Origin: Naegleria gruberi
Taxonomy: Eukaryota
Reading direction: 5' to 3' (one strand)
Assembly (NCBI GenBank): GCA_000004985.1
Contig: GG738879.1
DNA: 64,000 bases
The notes below the pieces were generated by a model. That model was given only the letters and a program-made list of their open reading frames with translations. It searched no databases and was not told the origin of the DNA. Below, piece by piece: positions 42,417 through 54,673 of the stretch; the stretch's first letter is position 1, and the number at the start of each line of letters is the position of its first letter. The position numbers were made by a program, and so were the translations under genes.

Positions 42417-45382
42417 TTAATTTTCACCAATTGGAATGAATTGTGTCATGAGAGGTGGATGTTCTGAAATAAGATTGTCAATATAGACAATTGTGGAATT
42501 GATTGGTTTGTATCGACAATGAGTATGATTTTTAGGTGACATGGCAATGTAATCAAATGTTGTGAAGGATTTAGAAGAATTATTTCTAATAATTTCATGA
42601 CTAATAACTGGATGCATATATGTCTGATTGAAAAAGTTATTGGTCGATTTGAAATTAAGATCTCCAACAAGGAACATGGTTTCAAATTGTCTATTTGCAA
42701 TTTTGCTTTCCTTCCATTCGGCCGTGAGTAAACGGCTGGCATAGAGAGCTTGCTTATTTTGTTCTTGGTGATTTCTGACAGAGAAACTGCTTGTGAAAAA
42801 GTAGAAATTGGTCATGTTAGAAGACATTAATACCTCAGGATCATTCACTCTCACATAGGCCTTTACCATTACAGCTTGTTCACTTTGATCAGAGGGAAGA
42901 AGGTAGAAGCCTCTTTCTCCCAGTGGATATGAGGAAAGAATTGAATTACCAAAGGAACCCTCTCTTAAACTTGGCCCATAATATTCATGCATATTAAGGT
43001 AGAAGCTCAAATATTCCAATAAATCGTTATTAGATGCTGAAATTCTATTCGTATCGCTGTCTTGTAATCCAATAACACTTGCTTTCAAATCTTTTAAGGT
43101 TTGTAAAACACGGTCAAAGTTATTTCTTCCATAAATATCATAACCATTGTGAACATTAAAGGTAACAATGATGAGCTTGTCTCCGTATTGGTTTGTTGGA
43201 GTTTTAAGGTACATTAGTCTATATCCTAAACTTGGAAGCACTGAAAATACGCTAATGATAATAATCACAGCCAATACACGCTTATTAATATGAGCAAATG
43301 GAGATTCTTTTTTTTCAGATTCATCCTCTCTTATCAACCATTTAACAAAACCCTTAAAAGTATATCTATTTTCCTTGCTGGTTGGCTTTTCAACGAGTGG
43401 ATCTTCCTTTCTTCCAATAACAGGTCGTCTAATGAGATTTCCCAATCCTATTCCAAATGTAGAAATTATTACAGAGCTGAAAATTAAAAGGGTGTGTGCT
43501 CTCTTATTAATAATTGTTGAAATCCAAACAACACTTGGATCTATTATGCTTGAAGGGGAGGAAAACTCCAATAAAATAACTTGAAACATGTATGTTGCAA
43601 GAGCTATGAAAGCACAAATTGCAGTTGAAAGATTTGATGTAGGATAGGCATAACCAGTATTTTTTCGGATCAATACATAAACCCATGCAGTTGGTAGAAC
43701 TATAGAAGCAATAATTGAGCTTGTTAGAATGACAATAGAAAATGAGGAATCATCTGTAGGTAAATAGGATAAAATAAAGCAAAATGTTAGCAATGATATA
43801 GCTCCAATTATAGATCTGAAAATAAGTGATACACTAGAAATCACTAGTCCAATATTTAGTGCAATCAAAATGCTCAAATTATATGGAAATCCTGGTAGAC
43901 CACTCCACCGAACAAGAGTAGTTGAAGAACTGAAAAGCCAATGAGTTAAAAATAATAGACACCCAAAGGCCAATCCTCTAGTTATTGCTAAATAGTAAAT
44001 TTTAAGGAAAGAGAAATCAAGGTGGTTGACTTCTTTCAATTGCTCATTTTCATCAATTTCATATCTTTCCTGTTCCATAGTGTCTTTTGAATCCTCTTCT
44101 TCTTGGTAAAGAATCCATCTTCTCCAAAAGAATACAATTATTTCCTCTGTTAAAGATACAATGGCGAATATAATGCAAAATATTAATGAAACTGTTGATA
44201 TTTTCCAAGTTCTTTCACCAATGAAAAGAGGATTGAGTGAACAATAGCCAAATCTCAGATTTACAATCAACACCCAACCAATAATAAATGACCAAAGTCC
44301 TCTTTCACATTGTTTCTTATGTGCATCTCTCATACAAATCACTAAATGGCCAATTAGAAATACTAATGAAACTCCAAGACAAATTACTCTATTTTGTACT
44401 TGTGGTCCATCAAATAAAGGTAAATTAGTTATTAATCCAGCACAACTGCACAAATAAAAGAAAGGCCTTCTACATATATGCAATATGGTATCAAGTTTTT
44501 CTCCAATTGTTCGTTTTTTTTCTTGTAAATATTCGAAATTATATTCTACAAAGTTATTTTCTTCGAGAACAGGTGCTGTCTTATTTGTTAAAGGTAATAA
44601 AAGTGGTGTCGATGAGCTAGTTACAATCATGTGAGTTGTATCAGTGCTCACACTATGCATTCTCATTCTTCGTCCCCTTATAACAGTATCATCCTCTGCC
44701 TCCAAAACTCTCATTAATGATTCATTTCTTCCAAAAATATGTGAAGAAGGAGAAGGATGTTGATAATAATAATCCTGATAGGATCCAGTACCACCTACTG
44801 AAATAGGATTACTCGAAGGAATAGTCAGATATGAAGATGCTTTTTTGTGAGGTAATGAATTATTGATACTTGGAGGATCTTTTTGTTCATTTTGTTGAAT
44901 AGAAGTGTTAGAAGGTTGTTCAGTTTTTGATCTTTCCAAATATGAAACGATCAGTGATTTTGCTTTTGAATAAATAGCTAATATTACAAGTATAATACAT
45001 GGAATAAAGAATGCAAAAATAAGTGGAATAATTGGTGGAAGACTGGCAAACTCAACTTTGACATAACCTTGAAAAATCAGAGAATAAAACTCTATTAAAA
45101 AACTCCAAGTTAAGAATCCTTTCAGAATATCATGTCAATATTGAATCAAATATTGAACTAAAACATACCAAAATAAATATCAGAGCTAAAGCCAAACCAA
45201 TATAAACAATTCATCAATATCCGATATTTTGTTTGCTCGCTTTCTTTCCTATTTGTGTAATAGGAAAAGTAATTATCATAAAATTCATCTTGATGATTAT
45301 CACGTGTCTTGTTATTATTATTTAAATTGTCAAGAGATGCCGATGACAAATTGTGCCTAGAGGGTGATTTAGTTTTCAACAT
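42417..45382 (-). CDS. CWH43: CWH43/PGAP2-interacting-protein-like protein: an N-terminal multi-TM Frag1/PGAP2-like region plus a C-terminal endonuclease/exonuclease/phosphatase (EEP) domain. Two exons: 45382..45169 and 45118..42417. About 971 aa.
   Basis: The EEP signature is in the C-terminus (IIVTFNVHNGYDIYGRNNFDRVLQTLKDLKASVIGLQDSD...VGDLNF...DYIAMSP). There are more than 15 hydrophobic helices upstream. The main ORF has no in-frame ATG. An upstream exon (MLKTKSPSRH...MNCLYWFGFSSDIYF|G) joins through a 50-nt GTATGT...CTGAAAG intron in phase. Confidence 0.6.
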
Positions 45383-45548
45383 TTTAACACTATTTAAATA
45401 ATAATAACATTTCAAATACAAGTTCGATGAACTGAAAAAAGCAGTTGATGTTTTGTTTCTATCCGATCTAACAATAAAAACAACACTGAACACTTATTGC
45501 AAAGCAAATTAGGTATTTTTTTTACTTTGTGGAACGTATCTAAAGATT

Positions 45549-47495
45549 TTATCGTTGTTGCTTCTTGTTTTGAGTTGTGGTTGTTGGCATCTTAATGGAT
45601 GTAAACTTGCCAGCAGCAGGAGCAACAGAAGGGGAAGAATTGCTTGTAGAAGAACTAATTATGTCTCTATAAGTTGGTTGTTGAGGAGTTAAAGGCTGTG
45701 AAGTGGCAGTAGTGGTTGTGGAAGCACTGTTTGAGGAAGAACTGTTATCTCTTGAAATAATCTTAAATTGTGAATCAGTCACTGGTGAATCAAGCTTACC
45801 GGAAGGAACATCTGAATTGTGGAATGAAACTTTCAAATGTTTCTTTCCTATTTTATAGCTGTTCATCTTTGAGACAGCTTCCATGGCAGAGTCAATATTA
45901 CAATATTTAACAAAGCCATATCCTTTGCTTAGGTTTGTCTTAGGATCTCTAATGACTTTGACTGATTCAATTTCACCAAATTTAGAGAAAAGTTCCATTA
46001 ATTTTGAATCATCAACATCACCAGGAAGATGGAAAATAAACAAATTAGCGGTTTCGCCTGACTTTGAATTCTTATCTTCTGGAGAGCTACTTTCATTCTT
46101 TGAACGTTTGGTGTGGGTTTGTTCTTGATTTTCATTCATAGAAGATTCATCATACATTGGTACATGGTAGTATGGGTTATAGGGTGTATAAGGATTGAAA
46201 TATGGATTATAGTATGGATTGAAATTATGCAAGAAAGGTCCTTGATTATTTTGATCATCGGATTCATTTGATTTTTCGTTTTCTAATTTATCTTTGGAGA
46301 ATCTATCGGTAGGATGTGATGATACTGGAACACCCATGTGATGAGGTACAAAGTAGGTCATGTGATATGGAACATCGGAATGATATGTCATATCTTGGGA
46401 TGTTTCATCTTGTTGATCATCACGTCTCATTGCCATTTGATTGAACATTGGATATGAATAAAGGGATGGATTCATACCATTTGGATTTGAGAAACCAGTA
46501 TGATGAGAATGGACATATGGATTTGGAACATGTGTTGGAGGTCTGATGATTTGTCTTGTTTTTAACTTTCTCTTTTGTTTTTCATGTTCTGTTTCAGCGA
46601 ATCTAACAACCAGAGGAAGAATATCCTTTGATGAATCATCATCTAATTTGGAACCATTCATTTTTTGAATAGCAGAGAGAGCATCTTTACGATTTTCAAA
46701 TTTACAAAAACCGTAACACTTGCTCCTTTGTGTGTTGATATCGATCATAATCTTCACTTTTGAAATTGGACCAAATACTTCAAAAGCTTGTTTAAGTGTC
46801 TCTTCATCATAGTGAGGTGGAATATTTCTGATGAAAAGATTAGATTGTTGATCTTTTTCCTTATTCCCTGCACTATTGGAAAGCTTACAGAGCAATCTCT
46901 TATTTCCAATAGATTTTTCATTAAGTCCTTGAATAGCATCTTGAGCTTCATTTTCATTTGAAAATCTAACAAATCCAAATCCTAATGATGAATTTTCTCT
47001 TGTTTTATCAGTCATAACGTGGCAACTGACAATCTCTCCAAAAGGTGTGAATAACTCTCTTAAATCTTCATCAGAGAAATGAGGTGGAAGATATTTAACA
47101 AAAACGTTGCAAAGATCTGAATTTTCTGAATCTAGATATTCTTCCTCATCAATGCTTTCCTCTTCTTCCTCTGAGATCCTCTTTGGAATTTCTTGTTGAA
47201 TTTTTTCCTTGGAAATAAGCCCAACAGGACGTGTTCCATTGGAAGTCACCAAGTTGTTTGTAGTAGCAGTAGTGGTAATCTTTGTTTGAGTCTCTTTTCT
47301 TTGACTACTACCAATTCCAACACCAAGATTGATCTTGATGGCATTATTGTTATGTGATTTGGCGTCTTTTTCTAATTGTAAGATTACTGGAGGTTTTTCT
47401 TTTTGAAGAAGTTCAATTGTGTTGGTTGTTTTGTTCTTCTTATCATTTTGTTCAGATCCTGTTGTTGATGACATGTTTTCAAAAGAAGACCACAT
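45549..47495 (-). CDS. RNA-binding protein with three RRM domains, 648 aa.
   Basis: RNP-1/RNP-2 motifs: NVFVKYLP...LGFGFVRF, LFIRNIP...KCYGFCKF and LFIFHLP...KGYGFVKY. Low-complexity linkers. Confidence 0.7.
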   Translation of the reverse strand: MWSSFENMSSTTGSEQNDKKNKTTNTIELLQKEKPPVILQLEKDAKSHNNNAIKINLGVGIGSSQRKETQTKITTTATTNNLVTSNGTRPVGLISKEKIQQEIPKRISEEEEESIDEEEYLDSENSDLCNVFVKYLPPHFSDEDLRELFTPFGEIVSCHVMTDKTRENSSLGFGFVRFSNENEAQDAIQGLNEKSIGNKRLLCKLSNSAGNKEKDQQSNLFIRNIPPHYDEETLKQAFEVFGPISKVKIMIDINTQRSKCYGFCKFENRKDALSAIQKMNGSKLDDDSSKDILPLVVRFAETEHEKQKRKLKTRQIIRPPTHVPNPYVHSHHTGFSNPNGMNPSLYSYPMFNQMAMRRDDQQDETSQDMTYHSDVPYHMTYFVPHHMGVPVSSHPTDRFSKDKLENEKSNESDDQNNQGPFLHNFNPYYNPYFNPYTPYNPYYHVPMYDESSMNENQEQTHTKRSKNESSSPEDKNSKSGETANLFIFHLPGDVDDSKLMELFSKFGEIESVKVIRDPKTNLSKGYGFVKYCNIDSAMEAVSKMNSYKIGKKHLKVSFHNSDVPSGKLDSPVTDSQFKIISRDNSSSSNSASTTTTATSQPLTPQQPTYRDIISSSTSNSSPSVAPAAGKFTSIKMPTTTTQNKKQQR

Positions 47496-48017
47496 TAATA
47501 AATAATAAATATATTATAGAAGAGTAATATAAAAATTTGATGATGATGATATAAAGACTTGTATAAACTGTTAAATATATAAAGCAAACAGATAAAGTAA
47601 AATCTGCTGCTATTCAATATATATTATTATAAAATTTAAACCTATTTCCTCTCCAAATTAACAATATATCTGATGCTAGATTATTGTTACTCTTGGTGTT
47701 GATGCAAAGGTGGTGGAGAGAATATTTTTTAGAGAAAGTTTTTTCCACCACCAACATCAAATTGAACAAGGAAGTTTGGACAGCAAAAAGCGAATGAATC
47801 TTTTTGGGCGTTTAGCATATCTTGAGTGCTATCTATTCAATCTGGGCAGTAATAATGGCTTTTGTATCAATGAGACAGAACCATTAATGCTCCTTATCAT
47901 TGTTTCAACAGTTATAATTTGAAAAATCTTTAAGAATATCTGATTGTTTGTTGTGGGGAGTGGATGATGATGTGTATAGGAATTATATTATTAATTAATA
48001 AAACTTTTAAAACAAAA

Positions 48018-49978
48018 ATGTCCGAATTGTACCATCCATCACCATCAGACCTCATGTTGGCACCATCAAGTTTGTTGGTGTTTGACTTTGATAGTACATT
48101 GGTTAGAGAGGAAAGTTTGGTCACCATGTTGGAGTATGCTTTGAGAGAAGAATACGGAAATGATGAAGAAAAAATTGAGAAAGCTATTGAACAAATCAAG
48201 GAAATTACAAACAAGGGAATTAAAGGAGAAATTACAATGGATACTTCTTATGCAAACAGAGTTGGTACAGTTAAACCAACAAGAAAACATTTGGAAAAAT
48301 ATTTACAAAGACCAATTGATCAAATTTTAACTCCAAAAATGGATATTGTGAGTAAGTGTAATTTGTGGAATTAATATTTATTGGAAAATTTAGTTCAAAA
48401 TGTTAGAGAGCATTATCCTTCTGTTCAAATTCATGTTATTTCTCAAGGACCAAAAGTAATAGTTGAACATTATTCTAAATTATTATTTGGAATTCCAAGT
48501 GAAAATATTCATGCTGTAAATGTAAATTTCCCAGAGGATGGAGTAGATGTTTCAACTCATGAATATATTTCTCCTCAAGATGAAATGTTAGTGAAAGGAA
48601 AAAGTGGAATTTTACAAAAAGTTATTGATGGAATTAATTCACAATATACCACAACAGGAACAAAGGTTGAAAATATCATTGTCGTTGGAGATGGTGTATC
48701 AGATATGAATATGAAACACAAAGGACCTGCAACAGTTGCCATAGGTTTTGGTGCTCACTTACTTTTCCAAAAAACTAAGGAATTGGCAGATTATTATGTA
48801 ACTGATTGTGATCAATTGAATCAATTATTAATTGAAAGACTTTTAAGAGATATGGTAAGCTATAACTTCTTCCCTGGTCCTGCAACAATTCCAACTGAAA
48901 TCATGTTAAAAGTCAAAGATAATCTTGTTTGCTTTGATAGAGGTATTTCTGTTTTTGAATATTCACACCGTTCTCCAAAATTTTTAAATGTTTTAAGCAA
49001 TGCAGAAAAGAAACTCAGAAAAATTGTAGATATACCAGACGATTATGCTGTTCTCTTCTTACAGTAAGTTTTCATTTTACATATTTTGAAATATTTTGAA
49101 AAAGAGGAGGAGCCTATACTCAATTCTCAGCAATACCAATGAATCTTTGTGAAAATACTGATAATTCTGCCATTTATTTGGTATCTGGTATTTGGTCAAA
49201 GAAGGCCTATCAAGAAGCAAAGGAATTTATGGGTGGAAATGTTCAACAATTGAGTTTAGAAGAAGCTGATACAATTACATCCAATGAATTCTATACTCGT
49301 TGCTCTTATGTTTATTATTGTGATAATGAAACAGTTCATGGTGTTGAGAAGCCGAATGACTTCCTTGACCAAGTCTCCAAAGATGGTAAAATATTAGTTT
49401 GTGATATGAGTTCAAACTTTTTATCTAGACCTGTCAATGTTAGAAAGTATGGTCTCATTTATGCATGTGCCCAAAAGAATTTTGGTATTGCTGGGCTCAC
49501 AATTGTAATTATTAGAAAGGATTTAATTAAGGAAAGGGAAAATTATGTTCCTTCAATGCTCGACTATCAAGCATTATATGAAGAAAAATCACTTCTCAAT
49601 ACACCTGTCACTGCAGCAATTTATGTTGCTGACTTGGTATTTGATTGGATTATTGAGATTGGCGGATTATCTGCTCTGAATGAATTGGCTATTAAGAGAT
49701 CAAATCTGCTCTATGACACTTTAGAAAAATCATCATTCTTTGAAGTTCCAATCAAGGAGGACATTCGTTCAAGAATGAATGTTGTTTTCAAGATTAAGAA
49801 GGAAAGTTTAGAAAAGACTTTTGTTAAGGAAGCTGAAAAGGTTGGATTGATTGGATTGCCAGGTCACAGAAGTGTTGGAGGATTCAGAGCTAGTCTTTAT
49901 AATGGTATGTCAATGAAAGGAGTTGAGAGACTTTGCAAATTTATTCAAGCATTTGAAAACAAGTTCAATACTCAATAA
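48018..49978 (+). CDS. Bifunctional fusion: an N-terminal HAD-superfamily phosphoserine phosphatase (SerB/PSPH-like) joined to phosphoserine aminotransferase (SerC/PSAT). Three exons: 48018..48351, 48394..49063 and 49105..49978. About 625 aa.
   Basis: HAD motif I FDFDSTLVREE (the SerB-type DxDST..E). Motif IV IVVGDGVSDMNM. PSP C-terminus ...ADYYVTDCDQLNQLLIERLL. In the same exon and with no stop, the PSAT N-terminus follows: NFFPGPATIPTEIMLKV...HRSPKF...DYAVLFLQ. After a 41-nt intron come GGAYTQFSAIPMNL...AIYLVSGIWSKKA...KNFGIAGLTIVIIRKD...HRSVGGFRASLYN. Introns of 42 and 41 nt (GTAAGT...ATTTAG and GTAAGT...GAAAAAG) restore the frame. Confidence 0.7.
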
Positions 49979-50951
49979 TAACACTCACTAATTAGTATAA
50001 TTTATTATCATTGTGTTTACAAAATACAAAATCTTTAAAGAAACGATTTTTACTCTTAATGAGTTTTACCAGAATTTCTTACTCCGCATCCCCTTTTAGC
50101 ACTATTTTATTCCTTTCCTCATTTTCATATTTAATTACATGACTCTTTTAATGAAGTTGTCAAACTACACTCGCATAATATTTTCAAATGCAATTCTTTG
50201 AATTCAAACAAAATGAACTTGTTATGTATGAATCTTTCTACATCTAACTTCTGTCTGACTCAAAAGTCAAGTGGGAGATCAATGTCTTAGATTCTAAATT
50301 TATTCATGGTGAATGGATAATGAATCTCTCAGAGAGTACGATGATGTTCGTTGCCTTTACTCGCTGTAAATCATCGTTGTACATTTTTCTGCAAGCTTAA
50401 TGTGCAATAAAATCATTTATTAACTGATTTAATATGCAGCATGAATGTTGTTGAGGAGAGAGAGAAGAAGAGTGATGTTATCCATATTTCTCTTCATCAA
50501 CAACAATAATGAATAATGGATAATGAATCATCTACGAGACAATCATCAATAATCCATCATCCAACTGATGTGATCAATAATAAGCCACACGCTCACACTC
50601 CTAACAACAACATCAAAATCTCTTTGGATAATTTTAATAATGGGTAGGATGATGTTCTTTTGTGATGGATGGTAAGCTAGTGGCTAGCTTGTTTCAACAA
50701 CACAGTGATCGTTACCCAGTGCATTTAATTGATGCTCAACTTCCAATTAATCCACTATTATTATCAACAAAAAAAACAACGACAACCTTGAGTTCAGTCC
50801 AACACAACCAAGCCAACTCAATTGTACTATATATAGATATTAAATCTGCCACCTGCCTGTAAAATATATTGTATTCTAATACTAACAGTTTCTAATAACT
50901 AGTCCTCTCTAATTTCAAGCTTACAAGTGTCAACAATCAAAAATACTCAAA

Positions 50952-52202
50952 ATGCTTACTAATGAAACATTCTTATTAGAATCCGCTCATCAAACAAGTA
51001 GTAAACTAATCAGTAAGGCACCTAAATGTACTATTGAATCCTTTCAATTATTACTTGGTGCAATTGACTATATCAATGACAATGGCGGACAAGAAACCTT
51101 CCCTAAATTATTAATTTATGATGACACAGCAGCAACAGCAAATCATCATACTACAACAACAACAATAACCGAAGAACTTTCTAATAGTAATTCAATTGAA
51201 GAAGATTATGTACCTCCTTCTCTGACAATTAGTGACGAATCTGAGGATAAATCTTCGGAGGATGAACAAGCATCAACTACACAAACTCAAACTATCACAA
51301 CTCCAAAATCTAAATCAAATAATTCTAAACATTCGAATAGTAGTAATACAAATGGAAAGGCTAGAGGAGGTCATTACCGTAACGGTGTTGATGATTCTTC
51401 TTTAATATGTAGTTGTTGCAAAAGAGATTCATCATCAGTGAGTTTTCTCAAAAACTATAGTATTCATGCAGGTAATATTGACAATTACCGAAACACATTC
51501 CCAGACTATGATGTTGTACCTGGTATTTCATGCATGACATGTTATCATAAGAGTTGGAGATATAGCAAGGGTCTCTATGATCCAAACAAAGCAAGAGGAA
51601 CAGTTAATAAGAGAGAGGGAATTCAAAAGAGTCCTTCTCCATCTTCTTCAACTCCATCCTCCTCAACTCGTAAGAAGAACGCATCTCAAAAGAGAAAATC
51701 CAATAGTAATGCAGTTGTTGAACAACAACAACTTGATAATGAAGTAAACTCCTCTGAAGATGTCAAGAGTAAACCAAGAAAGATTTCAAAGAGAAGACAA
51801 AATTCCTCTCCTTCATCCAATCAATCTAATGGTAATGATAATTCAAATCAAAATGATTTGGAATTTGAAAATCAAATGAATGAAAATCAATCATACACCA
51901 CCTCTACATATGAAAATTCTCAGGGGTTACATCATTCTTTGAGATTGGTTTTGAAATTTGTTTGGATAGAGCAAGGTGATGATGGAGAAGTGTATTCTTG
52001 CCCAATGAGTTTAGATTTTGTTCCTACCACTCTAACTTCAATCAAATCTCTGGTTATTGGAAAATTAAAGACTAAATTGTCTGGTTATGAATGTGACTCA
52101 ATTGTGTGGTGTCACGATAATCAGAAAACTCTCCTAACTGATACTGAATTACAGCAAAAAGCTTTGAGAAATGATGATATTCTCATTGTGAATGTAAAAT
52201 AA
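50952..52202 (+). CDS. Hypothetical S/T/N-rich protein with a Cys-rich segment (CSCC...CMTC), 416 aa.
   Basis: Complete ORF from a real ATG. No confident domain. Confidence 0.35.
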   Translation: MLTNETFLLESAHQTSSKLISKAPKCTIESFQLLLGAIDYINDNGGQETFPKLLIYDDTAATANHHTTTTTITEELSNSNSIEEDYVPPSLTISDESEDKSSEDEQASTTQTQTITTPKSKSNNSKHSNSSNTNGKARGGHYRNGVDDSSLICSCCKRDSSSVSFLKNYSIHAGNIDNYRNTFPDYDVVPGISCMTCYHKSWRYSKGLYDPNKARGTVNKREGIQKSPSPSSSTPSSSTRKKNASQKRKSNSNAVVEQQQLDNEVNSSEDVKSKPRKISKRRQNSSPSSNQSNGNDNSNQNDLEFENQMNENQSYTTSTYENSQGLHHSLRLVLKFVWIEQGDDGEVYSCPMSLDFVPTTLTSIKSLVIGKLKTKLSGYECDSIVWCHDNQKTLLTDTELQQKALRNDDILIVNVK

Positions 52203-52679
52203 ATGCATTGAATAGTTCAAATTTTGTGTCTTTATCTAAACAACAAACATAGGAAAAGCTGTGGTAATCGATGCAAAAATGTCCTTAAAGCTGCAAATAA
52301 TTTATTGAACAAGTTTAAAACGGAGAGTTTCACCTTTTAGGGGATCATTCGAAACATGCTGGAATAAAGATTATTAAGGCTGGTCCAAAATGTGGTATAC
52401 TATCTGGGAGTATTTCATTCATAATCTCCACATTCAAATTATTATATTTTCAATTTCACAATAGTTTATTCGAATCTATTGTATTCGTTTAGTGGTGTGG
52501 AAATGTGAAAGAACCTCTACTAGTTTTGATATCATTTTTTCTAGCCTTTTTTTGAACAATGATTTGTATTGCAAAATAAAGCCTTCTGGAAGTGGCGCCA
52601 AACTTTGATTTAAAAAACTCAACACTGCAACACCAACCTGAAACAAACTCAAAAAAAAATACTCAACTCTTTCACTAAA

Positions 52680-54422
52680 ATGGTAAGTTTTCTCTTGTAT
52701 TATGTGAGTCACTAATCAAGCCTTAAAAATTAGTCTGCTGTTGCACAACAATCAAAGACGCAATCCATCACACATGAAGAGTCTTTGACTCTAATGAGAA
52801 ATTTGATGAGAACTGCAATATCTTCTGTTTGCTATTTGAGAAATTTATTTCCTGAGGATTGTTTTCAAGACAAGTCTCTGAGTGGAATCCAAATCAAGTC
52901 TCTTCAGCCTTCAAATGAGGAGGCAAGAACACTTATCGATTGGTTAGAGAAGGGTGTGTTTGAAGCCTTGAAGAAGAAATATCTGAGAACTATAATCTTT
53001 GGAGTCTGTTCTGATCCAAGTAGAGAAATTGATTCAATGCTTGAGAGCTATGAATGTAAGTATTACACAAACTGGTTTGTTCAATTATCTGCTCTATCAG
53101 TCAAAGTAACCTATCCGGATAAGGAAGAAGGCCAGTTGAACATCTCAAGAGCAGCTGATTCGAACAAGACTAATAAGAAGATTGGAATTAAAGGAACTCA
53201 AACCAAACAAGAAATTACTCAATCAATGGTTATGATGCTTAGAACCCTCATCACTCTTGCTCAGACACTTCAACCAATTCCAGAAACTAGATATATTACC
53301 ATGAAACTACTCTACTATGAAGATGTTACTCCTAGAGATTATGAGCCATCTTTCTTTAGAGCTTTGAGAGAGGATGAATCCAGAAAATTCAATCAAGATT
53401 TTGTCAAACTGAAGATTGGGCAAGTTCAAACTCAATATCACTCGTTGAATATTCGTGTAAGAACCGCATCTGAATCATTTGAAGATGAAGATGGTAAATC
53501 AGTCACCTCAGAGATGTTATCCTCCTGCCCTATAGACAAGAATAATTCACATCCAACCTCCTCTCAATGGGCTGTCAATGTACCAGAGAATAAGCTCGAA
53601 ACAAAGAAGGAATATGATAGCGATTCGACTCAGCTTTCCCAACAGGATGACAACACTAAGCAATCAAGCAGTTGTGAAGAGAAATTATTCCTTGCAGATT
53701 TGGAAAAGATTGGTTGGTTCAATTTCCAACTCAAATCTGTCAGTAAACTATTATCCAACAAGTATCCATCTGTCACGGGCGAAATAGCTAAAGAATTGGT
53801 AATTGCCAAGAGAACCAAACTGGTCAAAGATATGGAAGATCATGAGAAGACCTATTACAAAGCACTTGCATATGTTTTAGAAGAGGATCATATTACAGCA
53901 AGTTCTCTATCCAGTGAATTAGATATCAGTTCCTACTCAGCAACCAAGTTAATCTCCCAAATGGAAAAGGAGGGTCTCCTTAAAGCTGCCTCAACAAAGA
54001 GAAAAGGGAAGAAGGTAATGCACAACAATAAGAGACTTGAAGAAGCAAAAGAGTTCATTGAATTTGAACAGTATTTGAAGCAACCTAAGACTGAATCCAC
54101 CTCCTCTCCATCCAAATCACCAGAAGCTAAAAAGAAGCAAGAATTTGATTATTCGGACTCTGATTCAGAAATTTCAAATCATGAAGAGAGTGATATCAAA
54201 CCAACTCCCAAAAAGGCTGTTCATTCCTCACCAACCGTCACTAGTCCACCAAAGCAACCTGAATCAGTTGATAAAAGAGGTGTAAAGAGAAAGACTATTT
54301 CTCAATTTGAAGTCAGTCACAGTCAAGATGAAATAACTGCCAATGATAGAGAGAATGAAGAAAATCCATCATCTTCTAAGGTGGATTTGGATTCAATCAA
54401 CTACAGTTACTCAATTTTGTGA
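52680..54422 (+). CDS. HORMA-domain protein (Hop1/HORMAD/ASY1-like meiotic axis component). The model is ATG (52680..52682) directly followed by a 51-nt intron, then 52734..54422.
   Basis: HORMA N-terminal signature ...ESLTLMRNLMRTAISSVCYLRNLFPEDCF...GIQIKSL...WLEKGVFEALKKKYL...IIFGVCSD. The safety-belt region TQSMVMMLRTLITLAQTLQP is present. AAAATG|GTAAGT...ACTAAT...TTAG lies immediately upstream of an in-frame continuation (SAVAQQSKTQSITHEESLTL-). The intronless alternative is ATG at 52794. Confidence 0.6.
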
Positions 54423-54673
54423 AGAGAGAAATTGGCTGAAACACTGTCCCGCCAGCTTACAACGGCTCAAAATTATTTTTGTGGTGTTGAAAAAAATATT
54501 AGAACGATCTATTAGGTTGTGATAAACTAACAGCAGCGAGTGCCATCAAGTCTATCATCAAAACTTGTATCAACAGTTGTTTCAAGACATTTGTAAAATA
54601 GAATTAACCTTTCAACAACAATTGTAGTAGTTGGATAATTTAAATCTACATTTCGATACAACACGAACATCAA

